From IMG/VR virus record IMGVR_UViG_3300020608_000013, positions 148,021-212,020 of that record: a DNA stretch of 64,000 nucleotides; one strand, 5' to 3'. Below the pieces are notes generated by a model. That model saw nothing but the letters and a program-made list of their open reading frames with translations, was not told where the DNA came from and did no database searches. Numbering within the stretch: position 1 is the first letter of the stretch; every line of letters begins with the position of its first letter. Positions 47,357 through 57,806 of the stretch are shown piece by piece. Made by a program: the position numbers and the translations under genes.

Positions 47357-48259
47357 CTAGTTAGTAAGGTAGTTAGAGAAGAACACCTCGATTGCGTTAT
47401 CATTAAACCTGTCAAAGACTCCATTATAGGATTCTAACAATGATGGTGTCAGCTCATCTTCCACGATAACCCGTTTTAAACTCCTATGAGACCAAAGTGT
47501 TTTAGGGTTCATTAGTTTTGTATTTTTCAATCCCAATTGCGTAGCTGCTGACGGAATGAGTTTACAGTCAAACTCACCTATATGGTTAACCACCTTCACA
47601 GTATAGAGATTTTTAAATAGGCTTAAGTCTATACCCACATCTCTAGTCGATGCGTTGAGCCACGTCAGTTTATTGACGTAAGGGGCGTAATTACGATACC
47701 CCTCGGTCATCACATTACCTGACAAAGCACTACCTATTTCTATCAGTGTGTTGTAGTTTAAGTAGCCATCTGACTCGACGGGACGGGCTTCTAAACTATT
47801 CTCATCTATTCCTGAGAAAACCATTTCACCAAGCCCTAGTAGACTTTCTCTCCATTGCCTTATTGATGTTCTAACATCATAAAGAAGACCATCGTGTTCA
47901 ATAGTCGTTTTATCGACAACAGATTCTTCATTATATAGACTAACCCCTACTTTCCGTAGGTATTTAATGAGTTCGTCATTTTGAGCGTTATTATAGTCAC
48001 CTGTCACGAAGATAGCTTTAAGCCCTCCAGCTATTTCATTTATGAAGCGAGTTGTGAGGTGAGGTAACACCTCGTTAGTAGCATAAAGCACCTCTAACGA
48101 ACGAAGGTCTTTAGCTATTTTCAACGAACTGTAGTCAAATCTATCGGAAAGGATGAGTGTCTCTACGTGTGAGAGATCAATGTCAGGGAAACTACCTTCC
48201 TGTAAAAATAAGATTGGGTGTTGAACCTTACCAAATGTGTGGGTATTAATAATGTCCAT
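47357..48259 (-). CDS. LRR-like array protein (300 aa)
   Basis: LRSLEVLYA, EGYRNYAPYV, FKNLYTVKV. Confidence 0.8.
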   Translation of the reverse strand: MDIINTHTFGKVQHPILFLQEGSFPDIDLSHVETLILSDRFDYSSLKIAKDLRSLEVLYATNEVLPHLTTRFINEIAGGLKAIFVTGDYNNAQNDELIKYLRKVGVSLYNEESVVDKTTIEHDGLLYDVRTSIRQWRESLLGLGEMVFSGIDENSLEARPVESDGYLNYNTLIEIGSALSGNVMTEGYRNYAPYVNKLTWLNASTRDVGIDLSLFKNLYTVKVVNHIGEFDCKLIPSAATQLGLKNTKLMNPKTLWSHRSLKRVIVEDELTPSLLESYNGVFDRFNDNAIEVFFSNYLTN

Positions 48260-48301
48260 TATAATTTCCTTTTACTTTCTATTAAGGGAGGGGGTAGTTT
48301 C

Positions 48302-49201
48302 CTACCCTCTCGTTGATAAGCTCTGCAATTTTTTAATTAGTGTAGGTTGAATCGTACCGCCCGCATCAGGTAGTGGTTGCGCTAGATCGTTGTTGAACAA
48401 TCTAGTGCTTTGGGCAGAGACACCTTCTTTAAAAACAAAACTTTCAAAGTTCCGCGAACTAAGAAGCACGTCTATGTTTTTAAGTAGAGTGTGTTCCGCC
48501 TCTACGTGCGTAAGTGACGGAGGTAATTCTTCGCAATCGACCCATTCAGCAATTTTCACTTTCAGCTCTGTTAGTTGAGTGAACGATGACCAGTTTATTG
48601 GTTGCGTATACTCATCTACGTTTTTCACTATCACTTTAACAACGTACGGCGCAAGTATCTCTACTTGCTCAGACACGCAAACATTAAGAGGTTGATTGAG
48701 CATCCCAATCGCGTCTGAAAGGCTCGCACCCTCAAGAATTACTCGATGGCTTTCAGCATCTCGCCCTTGTAGCGTCAAAACACCTTCTTCAAAAAGTAGG
48801 AATTGGTCGGCGTATACCGTACTCTCGACCTTTAGCGTATACTCGCCATCAACTAACGACACCCAACGGGGTATTTTATCTGTAAAGTTACTCCGTGTGA
48901 AGACATTAATACCTCTCTGTTCTAACTCCGCCTCATAAGGGTTAGTATTTTTGAACGAGTCCCTTACAAATATGGCTTTCAAATTACTGAACTTGCCCAT
49001 GTACTCAGGCAACGCCTTCGCACTTCCGTAATTTATATAAAACACTTCAATATCGTCAATATTACCCGCCTCGGCCAGTTTATAAATATAAGCATCGTCT
49101 TGTACTATTACAACGCCACAACCTTTAAAATCAACACCCTTCTCTAACATATCGGAGGTTAATTTCCGATCTCGAACTTCTTTAAACAACAACATAGTCA
49201 T
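48302..49201 (-). CDS. LRR-like array protein (299 aa)
   Basis: FSNLKAIFV, FTQLTELKV, LPPSLTHVEA; LEQRGINV cap. Confidence 0.8.
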   Translation of the reverse strand: MTMLLFKEVRDRKLTSDMLEKGVDFKGCGVVIVQDDAYIYKLAEAGNIDDIEVFYINYGSAKALPEYMGKFSNLKAIFVRDSFKNTNPYEAELEQRGINVFTRSNFTDKIPRWVSLVDGEYTLKVESTVYADQFLLFEEGVLTLQGRDAESHRVILEGASLSDAIGMLNQPLNVCVSEQVEILAPYVVKVIVKNVDEYTQPINWSSFTQLTELKVKIAEWVDCEELPPSLTHVEAEHTLLKNIDVLLSSRNFESFVFKEGVSAQSTRLFNNDLAQPLPDAGGTIQPTLIKKLQSLSTRG

Positions 49202-49206
49202 TTCTC

Positions 49207-50067
49207 CTACTTACGGTTACAAGTTACATTAACACCTTTATCGTTCAATGCGCTAAGCGTATCCACTAGCACAAATGAACCATCGTTCTCGACGACATTA
49301 TTTAAAGACACAATTTTCAAATTGGGTAATTCGGTTAAGTGTGCTATGTTGTTCAACACACTTTCTTCAACATGTAGATACTCTACTGATCTAGGGATGT
49401 TATGGGCATCAAAGATACTATTTTCTATCCGAACCTCTGGCGTATTGTAATCACTCCAATTCGGCTCTGTTATGAAAACATCGGTATTTTTCACCTTTAA
49501 TGTTATAGCCTCTCCAACATACCCCGCAAACCCTGCGCCGTTGCACACTTTATTTTTCCCATATTGGGTAAAATATTTTTCAACCTCTCTACTACTTACA
49601 CCATCTGTCTTTAACAAGAGGTCGCGCCATTCTACTCCTTCCAAAATAAATGTTCCTGACTCAAAGAACTCTTTTAGGTTGTTAAAGAAAGAACTCATCG
49701 TCGCTACTTCAAAATCTGTAGGTCTATCGGGTAACGTCATCCAGTCATTACAACAGGTATCATCACCCTCCCAGTATATATCTACAGGGTAGCTAGATAT
49801 TCTATCCTCAAATGACTCAAAGCTGTCTTTATAATCAACCCCTCTTAAATTAAGCGTGGAAACTTTCCATAAATGCCCAAGACTTACCTCTAGGTCGATA
49901 AGGTGTTTCATATTACAGAAAATACACTTAACGTCGCTGACAGTGTGGTTATTCTTTAATAGATCAATATCAACATCATCTGCGACGTACATTATTTCAA
50001 TCCCTGTGAAATCGTTATTCACGTCTTCACTACACACACGGTTACTAACCCTATGTTTTTCACACAT
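49207..50067 (-). CDS. LRR-like array protein (286 aa)
   Basis: IPRSVEYLHV, LPNLKIVSL; LNDKGVNV cap. Confidence 0.8.
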   Translation of the reverse strand: MCEKHRVSNRVCSEDVNNDFTGIEIMYVADDVDIDLLKNNHTVSDVKCIFCNMKHLIDLEVSLGHLWKVSTLNLRGVDYKDSFESFEDRISSYPVDIYWEGDDTCCNDWMTLPDRPTDFEVATMSSFFNNLKEFFESGTFILEGVEWRDLLLKTDGVSSREVEKYFTQYGKNKVCNGAGFAGYVGEAITLKVKNTDVFITEPNWSDYNTPEVRIENSIFDAHNIPRSVEYLHVEESVLNNIAHLTELPNLKIVSLNNVVENDGSFVLVDTLSALNDKGVNVTCNRK

Positions 50068-50091
50068 ATTAATTGCCTCTTAAATAGTTAA

Positions 50092-50128
50092 ACGACCACT
50101 TTAATTAGTAGTCGCTTTTATAATATAC
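50092..50128 (-). promoter_or_regulatory. Promoter motif (50119-50128) plus 9-bp hairpin with G-U pairs
   Basis: GTATATTATA; GCGACTACT/AGTGGTCGT on the - strand. Confidence 0.7.
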
Positions 50129-50152
50129 GTTTGAATTAAATTAAAATATTAT

Positions 50153-50932
50153 TTAATAAGGGAAAACACCCCGTTTAACCAACGTAGCATGAACGTTATT
50201 ACTTGTATCATGTCCCGAAAAACCTACTAATTTTTTATATTTTAGAATATAATGTTGTGTCTTTTTAAACGACTCGCAATCGCGATAGGCTAGAAGTGTT
50301 AATTCTAACGGCAAATTCTTTAAAACTTCCCCATCGCCTAAATAAGTATTAAAGGCAATTTTCTTTAAATAAGGGAACTTTTTAAAACTACCTTTAATTT
50401 CAATTAGATCATTTAATTCTAAACTATGGATAAAAGAGTATTCTTTATATAAATCATCAAGATTTAATGTGTTATCTTTTAATTTATCACCATCTATCCT
50501 AACTGTGAAATTATAATATTCACCAAACACCGACTCTCTCGGTAAATCAATAGTGACACAAACACCCTTAGCTTTCAGTCTATAGACTACCGTACGCCCC
50601 CATTCTGTAAAAATAACATTATCTAGCTCTAGTCTTTCTAAGGGCCAAGTTAATAGAGCGTCTATATTATTAACAAATACCCTTTCAAGACGTAAATGCT
50701 TCACACCTATAGCACAGTTATCATACGGTGTATTTAACACTAGGCTTGTTGGGTTCGTATAAGTTAAGAACCTACACGCTTTCGCGATTCGTAGAGATTG
50801 TGCCCCATAACGACCCACTAGGTGTAATGCGTTAGTACTATACTCGCACATGCGGGTATCAGAAGCTCCGTTACTAAAATAATCATTAAACTCGCTTATT
50901 GTTTGCATTTCGCACTCCTTCATAATTAACAT
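50153..50932 (-). CDS. LRR-like array protein (up to 259 aa; likely start MQTISE)
   Basis: VKHLRLERV, LERLELDNV, FPYLKKIAF; two caps. Confidence 0.8.
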   Translation of the reverse strand: MLIMKECEMQTISEFNDYFSNGASDTRMCEYSTNALHLVGRYGAQSLRIAKACRFLTYTNPTSLVLNTPYDNCAIGVKHLRLERVFVNNIDALLTWPLERLELDNVIFTEWGRTVVYRLKAKGVCVTIDLPRESVFGEYYNFTVRIDGDKLKDNTLNLDDLYKEYSFIHSLELNDLIEIKGSFKKFPYLKKIAFNTYLGDGEVLKNLPLELTLLAYRDCESFKKTQHYILKYKKLVGFSGHDTSNNVHATLVKRGVFPY

Positions 50933-50963
50933 GCCTCACTCACTATAATAAAAAAGATGGTTT

Positions 50964-51007
50964 AAAAAAACAAAGGAGACTAGGGTGTCGAACACCCTAG
51001 TCTCCTT
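50964..51007 (-). terminator. Intrinsic terminator
   Basis: 15-bp perfect stem, TTCGA loop, T7 tract on the - strand. Confidence 0.85.
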
Positions 51008-51011
51008 AGTA

Positions 51012-51941
51012 TCAACCTACATCAATAAGGACGGCAATATCTTGACTTTCAGCGTAGTCTAAAAGAACAACATGACTTTCTTTGGTTAAATTTTTCTCCT
51101 TTACAAAAATCCGTTTCGTTACGTCTAACGCTTCTAAGCCACTCAAATCGTCAATAGGGTCGTATAACGTAAGTACATCAACTGTTAAACCAGCAAACAC
51201 TTCGAGACCCGTCTCTTTTGGTAGTGTACCTAGTCTCAAATCAACTAGTGATTTAAGTTTTTTAACTTCTTCTATATTAACAATCTCTTTACTCGAACAT
51301 AGTGAGATAAGCTCGACAAATCTTAATTCACTTAACCCTTTTAAATCAATGCGCTCAACACCATTAGTATCTAAAAGCCCAACATAGAAGCTATCTGTAC
51401 CGACGACATCATAGACGGTTGCACGGTGTTTAGTATACTTACTATGTACATACCGTCGTTCTTTGACACGCTTACAATAACGTTTTACAAAGGAGCGATT
51501 TTCCTTACGAAAAGTGCTATAATGATCTATAAAAAGATTAACCCCTAACTCATACAACTTTTCAAGAAGTGGGAGAGATAAACTAGTGAAATCAAAATCA
51601 ATATAAATATTTCTTAACCCATTTATTTCTAAGAGAGCTTCTTCATTAACCACCCCACCGTTTGAAAAGGTGAAGGTATTAACTTCTTTACTCTTAAATT
51701 TGTTTAAATCGACCACTACGTTTTTACTGGTGTTAATAACATTATTAATACTTTTAACTTTCGCAAACCCTTCACCCATGTTAGGGTGACTATGCTTAAC
51801 ATAAAAACTTCTTACTGTATGAGCGTTACGGCAACCAACACTGTTGTCAGCGTAATCAATAATTCCTTTCTCAATATTAGCTTTACTAAATGCAGCGTTG
51901 AATAACAAATTAATCGCATTATCTTTAATAATTTCAAACAT
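51012..51941 (-). CDS. LRR-like array protein (309 aa), paralogue of 52007..52918
   Basis: INGLRNIYI, LSELRFVEL, LKSLVDLRL. Confidence 0.85.
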   Translation of the reverse strand: MFEIIKDNAINLLFNAAFSKANIEKGIIDYADNSVGCRNAHTVRSFYVKHSHPNMGEGFAKVKSINNVINTSKNVVVDLNKFKSKEVNTFTFSNGGVVNEEALLEINGLRNIYIDFDFTSLSLPLLEKLYELGVNLFIDHYSTFRKENRSFVKRYCKRVKERRYVHSKYTKHRATVYDVVGTDSFYVGLLDTNGVERIDLKGLSELRFVELISLCSSKEIVNIEEVKKLKSLVDLRLGTLPKETGLEVFAGLTVDVLTLYDPIDDLSGLEALDVTKRIFVKEKNLTKESHVVLLDYAESQDIAVLIDVG

Positions 51942-52006
51942 TTCTACTCTCCTACTTAAAAATATATAGTGACATGGTGAGAAATCTTACCATGTCACTA
52001 ACAGGT

Positions 52007-52918
52007 CTAACGTTCTAGGTATAGTGTGATACTACGATCGCGACAATATTCTTCGATACGTATCATGACACTACCGTCGGTTTTTTGTGCTTCACTACTG
52101 AGCGCAATATACTTAGTAATCTTAAGTCTCGATAAAGACTCAATGTCTTTAGGTAATTCATACATTACCAACCCAGCTACCTCTAAACCCGCTAAACTTG
52201 CCAGCTTAAAGGTTGATGGTAATGTATTGAAAATTACTTGCACAATACTCTTAGATTTTACAAGACATTCTACGTTCATATAGTCTACTTGATTACTAAA
52301 GTAGATACTTTGCAGAAACGGTAGCTTCTCAATACCTTTAAAATCTAGTACTTTATGTGATCTACATACTGTTTCAAGGAAACGGTTTGTCACACACTCA
52401 CTGGTTAAGGTGTGGGCTACGTTACCTACATTCTTACCAGGACTACGCGTGAATTGATAATCGACATTCTTATCACTCACCATTTCTTCGTCTTCTATGA
52501 TAACAGTAACACCTTTAGCGTGTAGCTCATTTAGTATTGATGGCTCAATACCGCTCGACATTCTGCCTACATAGACACACTCTAGACCTTTGATCTCCGT
52601 CAGCACCTCATCGTCAATGACATTGCACTCGCAGAAGCAAATCGTAGTCACCTCCACACCCTTTAGGAACTCGATTGAGAAATCTTTGTCTAGGGTTCGT
52701 AGTATATCGATTGTTAGTAAGTTGATATAGGATAAACCTTCAGGGGCGCGTCTACCTTTTGGTTTTGTAAGATGTATATCTACATCATAAATACGACCTG
52801 TTAGCGGAAGGCCATCTGTATCAAAATAAGCAGGGGATGTGTAATCACCCTCTACTTTTAGTAACATGGGTACCTTGGTAAACCAGGGGCTTGTTAAATA
52901 CTCAATATTTAATTCCAT
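52007..52918 (-). CDS. LRR-like array protein (303 aa)
   Basis: IKGLECVYV, LPFLQSIYF; LHAKGVTV cap. Confidence 0.85.
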   Translation of the reverse strand: MELNIEYLTSPWFTKVPMLLKVEGDYTSPAYFDTDGLPLTGRIYDVDIHLTKPKGRRAPEGLSYINLLTIDILRTLDKDFSIEFLKGVEVTTICFCECNVIDDEVLTEIKGLECVYVGRMSSGIEPSILNELHAKGVTVIIEDEEMVSDKNVDYQFTRSPGKNVGNVAHTLTSECVTNRFLETVCRSHKVLDFKGIEKLPFLQSIYFSNQVDYMNVECLVKSKSIVQVIFNTLPSTFKLASLAGLEVAGLVMYELPKDIESLSRLKITKYIALSSEAQKTDGSVMIRIEEYCRDRSITLYLER

Positions 52919-52931
52919 ATTTTACTCCTTT

Positions 52932-53789
52932 TTACGCTCGTAATAATTTCTGATCTTTAACGACCAGTTCTGTCAAATTGTGTATTTTCCCAATATCGGG
53001 AAAACCGACAACATACCCACCATAAACATGCAGACGCTGAATACTGAAACCTTCCAACAAACTGAGGTCTAATGTTGTTTTCAAATCGATTAAATGTAAC
53101 TCACCGATAGTTATCAACTCTAGCGCTAGTAATTCCTTGCGCTTATAGAGGCTACAATTTTTAATCGTTAAGGACTGAATGTGTTCTTCATTCATTAACT
53201 TTACCAGCGATAAATGGTCTACATCTTTAACAATATAGCTACCATCTTTTACCTTATTCGCATTATCAATATAGTGCGGCTTAACATGCCTATCGCAACG
53301 AATTGTTTCGTGAAATATATCGGGTAGGTCTTTGTAATGTACCTGATGCATTGGGCTATATTGATCGAGATCACTCATAGCGCAAGGGACGATAGATACG
53401 TTTTTACGTATCAAACTATCGTAGCAGTCTCGTTTAACATCACGACCATCCTTTTCAAGTACACAACCTTTCAATAAAATAGCTTCACTGATATTAAGGT
53501 GTGCGAACCTACTGGTTGGTACAATAGTGGTGTCAGATATATCCAGTATACCGATCTTAATGCCCGTGAATGGGCAATCATCAAGGACTAACTGAGTTGC
53601 TATTTTCATACGATCTACAATAGCTGGTCTCCCGTCACCGAAATCGATATATGCTAAATCTACCGTAAAGCAAGGCATCTCTATACCTGCACCACTAAAA
53701 CTTTCCAGCGGTCGACGATCTCTCAAATACGTCATTAATTGCATTAAGGTCGCAGTGTTTAAGTTGTAAGTTACTTTTACTAAATCCAT
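52932..53789 (-). CDS. LRR-like array protein (285 aa)
   Basis: IQSLTIKNC, IGELHLIDL, IQRLHVYG, IHNLTELVV. Confidence 0.8.
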   Translation of the reverse strand: MDLVKVTYNLNTATLMQLMTYLRDRRPLESFSGAGIEMPCFTVDLAYIDFGDGRPAIVDRMKIATQLVLDDCPFTGIKIGILDISDTTIVPTSRFAHLNISEAILLKGCVLEKDGRDVKRDCYDSLIRKNVSIVPCAMSDLDQYSPMHQVHYKDLPDIFHETIRCDRHVKPHYIDNANKVKDGSYIVKDVDHLSLVKLMNEEHIQSLTIKNCSLYKRKELLALELITIGELHLIDLKTTLDLSLLEGFSIQRLHVYGGYVVGFPDIGKIHNLTELVVKDQKLLRA

Positions 53790-53807
53790 GACTATCTCCT
53801 ATATGAG

Positions 53808-54173
53808 TCATTTATTAGAATTGTTGAACACTAGTAAGCGCTCGATATTAAAAAAACGATGTAACGATTCACCGTTTATAAATTCACAATTATCGAACAC
53901 AATATCCTTAGCGATACCTGTAGGTAACTGTGAAACATCCACCGTACATCGATAAAACCGTAGTTGGCGAATCGCGCACTTCTTTAAATGATGAAACTCT
54001 TCATAGTTCGGAAGCGTGTGCTTAAACACTAGCGTGCGGCTAGCTGCCGTTACCTCAACCCCTTCTAGTGTCATGCCGACACTATTATAGAAGATTAAGA
54101 ATTGAATTTTCTCATAACTTCTTTCCCTCCACGACACGTACTCATTAGTTTTAAACGTTAGAACCTTCCCCAT
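53808..54173 (-). CDS. Short single-module LRR-like protein (121 aa)
   Basis: IRQLRFYRC, FFNIERLLV. Confidence 0.65.
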   Translation of the reverse strand: MGKVLTFKTNEYVSWRERSYEKIQFLIFYNSVGMTLEGVEVTAASRTLVFKHTLPNYEEFHHLKKCAIRQLRFYRCTVDVSQLPTGIAKDIVFDNCEFINGESLHRFFNIERLLVFNNSNK

Positions 54174-55351
54174 TACTTATCCTCCTTTTCCACAGTTACA
54201 ATCGTAGGTACATTTTTCACGTTGATAGCAACCACTCCACCAACTTTTAAAGTGTGGGTGTTACCAGAACCTCTAAACGTAACGTTGTTTAACATTAACA
54301 CGCGTTTCTCCAAACTTTTAGAAAGTAGCGTTTCAATAGGCACTTCAACGTTAGAATAGAGTAAATACGACATACCGTTATTAGTAGTTCCTTCGACACC
54401 CATAATAGAACTATACTCGTCTACACCCTCAAGTCCGTAAAGGGCAACAATGAAACAGAATTGCATCCAACTATCATGGGTTTCTACGTTGTTTAGGACG
54501 ATCTCACTGAACTTTCTCTTCTTCAGCACCTCCCTTATAGAAAAGGGTGCTAGTACACATCGATTCAATGTCAAGCTTGCTACATTACACCAGTTTTCAA
54601 GGACTATAGGTTCAAGAATGTCTTCCAGAGTAACTTCCACATTATCGAGATTATGGGTGTTAAATAATTGCTGTGCGTTCTTAATAGTAACTCGCTCTAC
54701 TTCAGGGAAGTATGTTAACCCGTACATACAGATTATTTTGCTAAAATCCACCGTTACGTCTTTAGGTGGGATACCATTATAATCTAAAGTCTTCACAAGG
54801 TGAGAGGCTATTGAACTAACACCCTCTCTAAGTTTTGATTTGTAGGCGTAATATTCACCAAATCTAGTTCCCGTTGTGAGGACATCCTCTCCGCTCAAAT
54901 AGTCGTTGTATTGTATGAGGTAGGTGTAGTGGTCGCTTTCTAACGACTCCATAGGTGAGAACGGGAAGCGCGGTTTCTTCCGAATAAAGTCGTTAACACT
55001 ACCGTAATAGATAGTAACAGGAGGTCTCTCTACATTTAGTAATTTACGGACATCTGTTAACTCCACCATCTTACTTGTAATGAACACTTTCTTGACGTTA
55101 TTGAACGTCAAGAATTGTAAGTTTGTGACTTCGGTGTCATAGAAATCAACCACATCTATATCGACACTAGGGCTAATTTGACTTACATCAAACGGCTTTT
55201 CCAACCCTCTCATGAGAAGGTACTTAATTTTCACTCCCTTTCCTTTATCAAGACGACTGTTGACTAAAGAACCTCGTTTGAAAGCTACTACATCGTATGT
55301 AGTATTGTCTTTAATTTCGTCGATTACTTGGACAGGTCTATTCTCTTTCAT
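54173..55351 (-). CDS. LRR-like array protein (392 aa)
   Basis: IKYLLMRGL, FPEVERVTI, VASLTLNRC. Confidence 0.75.
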   Translation of the reverse strand: MKENRPVQVIDEIKDNTTYDVVAFKRGSLVNSRLDKGKGVKIKYLLMRGLEKPFDVSQISPSVDIDVVDFYDTEVTNLQFLTFNNVKKVFITSKMVELTDVRKLLNVERPPVTIYYGSVNDFIRKKPRFPFSPMESLESDHYTYLIQYNDYLSGEDVLTTGTRFGEYYAYKSKLREGVSSIASHLVKTLDYNGIPPKDVTVDFSKIICMYGLTYFPEVERVTIKNAQQLFNTHNLDNVEVTLEDILEPIVLENWCNVASLTLNRCVLAPFSIREVLKKRKFSEIVLNNVETHDSWMQFCFIVALYGLEGVDEYSSIMGVEGTTNNGMSYLLYSNVEVPIETLLSKSLEKRVLMLNNVTFRGSGNTHTLKVGGVVAINVKNVPTIVTVEKEDK

Positions 55352-55354
55352 TTC

Positions 55355-56260
55355 CTACACTCCTGTATATAAATCACTGCTTGTTAAATTTGGTTCATAA
55401 TAATCTACACTCCATCTTAACTCATTCTCAAGACCTGAGTTATTAGTATCGCGGTTAACGATACTATCAAGATAGTCTGCCAAATCATCAAAATTCTCAT
55501 CATCTCTAAAAATAATAACGCCTTGACCGTTAAGTCTATTTAAGAATTTTCGATGTTTGTTAAAATACGACAACTCCACATCGACTTGATGTAGATGGGG
55601 TAGTGTGAGTAACGCTTCCTCGCTTTTTAATGACGCGTTGCTTAAATAAAGGTATTCGACACTTGGTCCTATATACGAACAATCAAACGGCGCTGGATTA
55701 TCGCAAATTGCGAGCATTTGTAGATTAGGAAGCCTACTAATAAAACTAACCTCAGTCATATCAGTTTCCCATAACCATAGGGTCGAAATAGCTTCTAATA
55801 TAATGTGATCATTATCAATGCCATATAGCGAATGGGCAAAAACCGATTCTTCTAACCAGAAATCTTCGTTACTCAACGCGTCTATCACGCTACCGCGTAG
55901 CGCCTTTGGGTACTTAAACACATACTGAGCGATACCAATAACATCACAGTGTGTTCTTATAGTATCAGGCACTTCCCCATCTTTATGAACAATTAGGCGT
56001 TTTAAATCTGGGGCGACCTTTGGTAGTGCGTCTATATTACGCCAAGTGGCGTTACTTATATTCAATACCCGCACACCCGTCAAGTCAAGTTTTTCTAAAT
56101 CGATGAAATTCTCATAACACACTGTTAGTATGCTAACAGTGTCTATGCCAACAGCGTCAATCCAACCGATGTCGTCATTATCCTCAATAATAAATTCAAC
56201 ATTATTTTTACGGGCTTTGTTTTTCAAAAAACGAGCATTAACTCTATCTACTTTGTACAT
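55355..56260 (-). CDS. LRR-like array protein (301 aa)
   Basis: LTGVRVLNISN, LPNLQMLAICDN, VEYLYLSN, LPHLHQVDV. Confidence 0.85.
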   Translation of the reverse strand: MYKVDRVNARFLKNKARKNNVEFIIEDNDDIGWIDAVGIDTVSILTVCYENFIDLEKLDLTGVRVLNISNATWRNIDALPKVAPDLKRLIVHKDGEVPDTIRTHCDVIGIAQYVFKYPKALRGSVIDALSNEDFWLEESVFAHSLYGIDNDHIILEAISTLWLWETDMTEVSFISRLPNLQMLAICDNPAPFDCSYIGPSVEYLYLSNASLKSEEALLTLPHLHQVDVELSYFNKHRKFLNRLNGQGVIIFRDDENFDDLADYLDSIVNRDTNNSGLENELRWSVDYYEPNLTSSDLYTGV

Positions 56261-56282
56261 TATATCAGTCTTTTTTTTTAAG

Positions 56283-56320
56283 TAAAGTTGAGTCGTTTTT
56301 GACTCAACTTTATAATATAT
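56283..56320 (-). promoter_or_regulatory. Promoter motif (56311-56320) plus 12-bp hairpin (56283-56312)
   Basis: ATATATTATA overlapping TAAAGTTGAGTC/GACTCAACTTTA. Confidence 0.75.
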
Positions 56321-56333
56321 GTTTATATTTTTT

Positions 56334-56441
56334 TTATCTGTTAACTAAAATAACAGGTTGTGGTGTTGGTTCTTCCTTAACATCTGTACAACAAGATGTT
56401 AGGGGGACGAGCATTATTAAAAATAAAATAAATCTAAACAT
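56334..56441 (-). CDS. Unannotated putative small lipoprotein (35 aa, MFRFILFLIMLVPLTS-CCTDVKEEPTPQPVILVNR)
   Basis: Translated by hand; basic n-region, hydrophobic h-region, lipobox LTS-C. Confidence 0.55.
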   Translation of the reverse strand: MFRFILFLIMLVPLTSCCTDVKEEPTPQPVILVNR

Positions 56442-56455
56442 AATTAAATCCCATT

Positions 56456-57283
56456 TTAAACTACCTTGATTTCAACATTTTGATCCATTAATTGTTTTAC
56501 TAGAGTGTTCTGATTTTCTAGTAAACTATAATTAACCCTTAATACTTTAAGTTTAGGTAAATTCTCTATTTTTGATAGATTAATCACATTAACATTAATA
56601 AGTATCAAATGTTTTATACTCCGAGGAATGAATTTTAAATCGATTACTCCTATATTGTTTTCAATATGTAGTGCTTCCAGATTGTTAAATCTACAAACCT
56701 CTAGCATATCTAAAGTATGGGGTTTAACAACCACCAATTTTACAACATCTTGTTTTATCAATCTAGTGAAATGAAAATCAGGCGCAATTTGTTGCTTATA
56801 GAAATAGATGCTTTCATCGCCACACTTTGTCTTCTTCACGGTATCGAAGATGTGTAAGACACCTGTTCCATAGAACGTCTCAAGCTGGGTTTGGTGGTTG
56901 TTAAAATAAATATCACCATTAACCCGTTCCTCAGTCCCTAAAGGGGAGGCATCTCGTATATTATGTACGCGGATTCCTAAAAGTTCGTCACGTTCTTTAA
57001 TCAACCCTGAACGTAATGTTAAATTAGTGTAGATGCTCCGCAGTTTTGGGAATTTGTCGCGCAACACTGGTATGTCTGTCGGTCGTGTATCGTTTAAATA
57101 CAACACCTCTAACGCTGCCGAAGATGATAGCATTTTTAGACACACTACTCTATTTGTTGAACGTATTGAGAGAAACCGTATTGTACTAAGATCGAGCCAT
57201 TCGACATCGTACTGGCCCTTTATAGTGATCGCTATCCCTGTCATCTCGTTAAAGTACTCTTTACGTGAATATAAATCAAACAT
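56456..57283 (-). CDS. LRR-like array protein (275 aa)
   Basis: LEVLYLND, FPKLRSIY, FNNLEALHIEN, IPRSIKHLIL, LPKLKVLRV. Confidence 0.9.
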   Translation of the reverse strand: MFDLYSRKEYFNEMTGIAITIKGQYDVEWLDLSTIRFLSIRSTNRVVCLKMLSSSAALEVLYLNDTRPTDIPVLRDKFPKLRSIYTNLTLRSGLIKERDELLGIRVHNIRDASPLGTEERVNGDIYFNNHQTQLETFYGTGVLHIFDTVKKTKCGDESIYFYKQQIAPDFHFTRLIKQDVVKLVVVKPHTLDMLEVCRFNNLEALHIENNIGVIDLKFIPRSIKHLILINVNVINLSKIENLPKLKVLRVNYSLLENQNTLVKQLMDQNVEIKVV

Positions 57284-57371
57284 TTTCTACATACCCTTTT
57301 AAATAAAAAATAAACAGTACTTATGAGCCACGATAGCTCATAAGTATACACTCTTCTTACACCATTACGTT

Positions 57372-57806
57372 TTAACGCCAACGTTCCCCACTACTGTCGA
57401 AGACATCAATGTCCCGACTATGTAGTTTATCAAATAAAGCGTAATGTTGCTCTAATGCTTTATTTGGCACTTGGACACTTTTTAAGCTTTTCATCGCTTT
57501 AAGCGCCGAGTAGTTTTTAACTACACCAACATCATCTTTAATAATAACTACTTCACAGTTTGGCGGTAGCCCATTTAAGCACTCGAAGACAGGTGAATTG
57601 CTTATATAGATATAAGCAACCTTAGTAAAGTTTAGCAATGTTTTATGTGCGGTGAAGCGCGAAACATTATGGATGGTTAAGCCGTAAAGAAGGTCTATAA
57701 GCTTGTTAAGTCCCTCTGTATTACAGGTAGAGGGTGTGGTACTTAAACTTTCTCCTCTAAGCGTTAAGTACCCTCTCGTGCATAGTTCACCATAGTTATA
57801 ACTCAT
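57372..57806 (-). CDS. Single-module (C-terminal half) LRR-like protein (144 aa)
   Basis: FTKVAYIYISN, MKSLKSVQV; LHSRDIDV cap. Confidence 0.7.
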   Translation of the reverse strand: MSYNYGELCTRGYLTLRGESLSTTPSTCNTEGLNKLIDLLYGLTIHNVSRFTAHKTLLNFTKVAYIYISNSPVFECLNGLPPNCEVVIIKDDVGVVKNYSALKAMKSLKSVQVPNKALEQHYALFDKLHSRDIDVFDSSGERWR

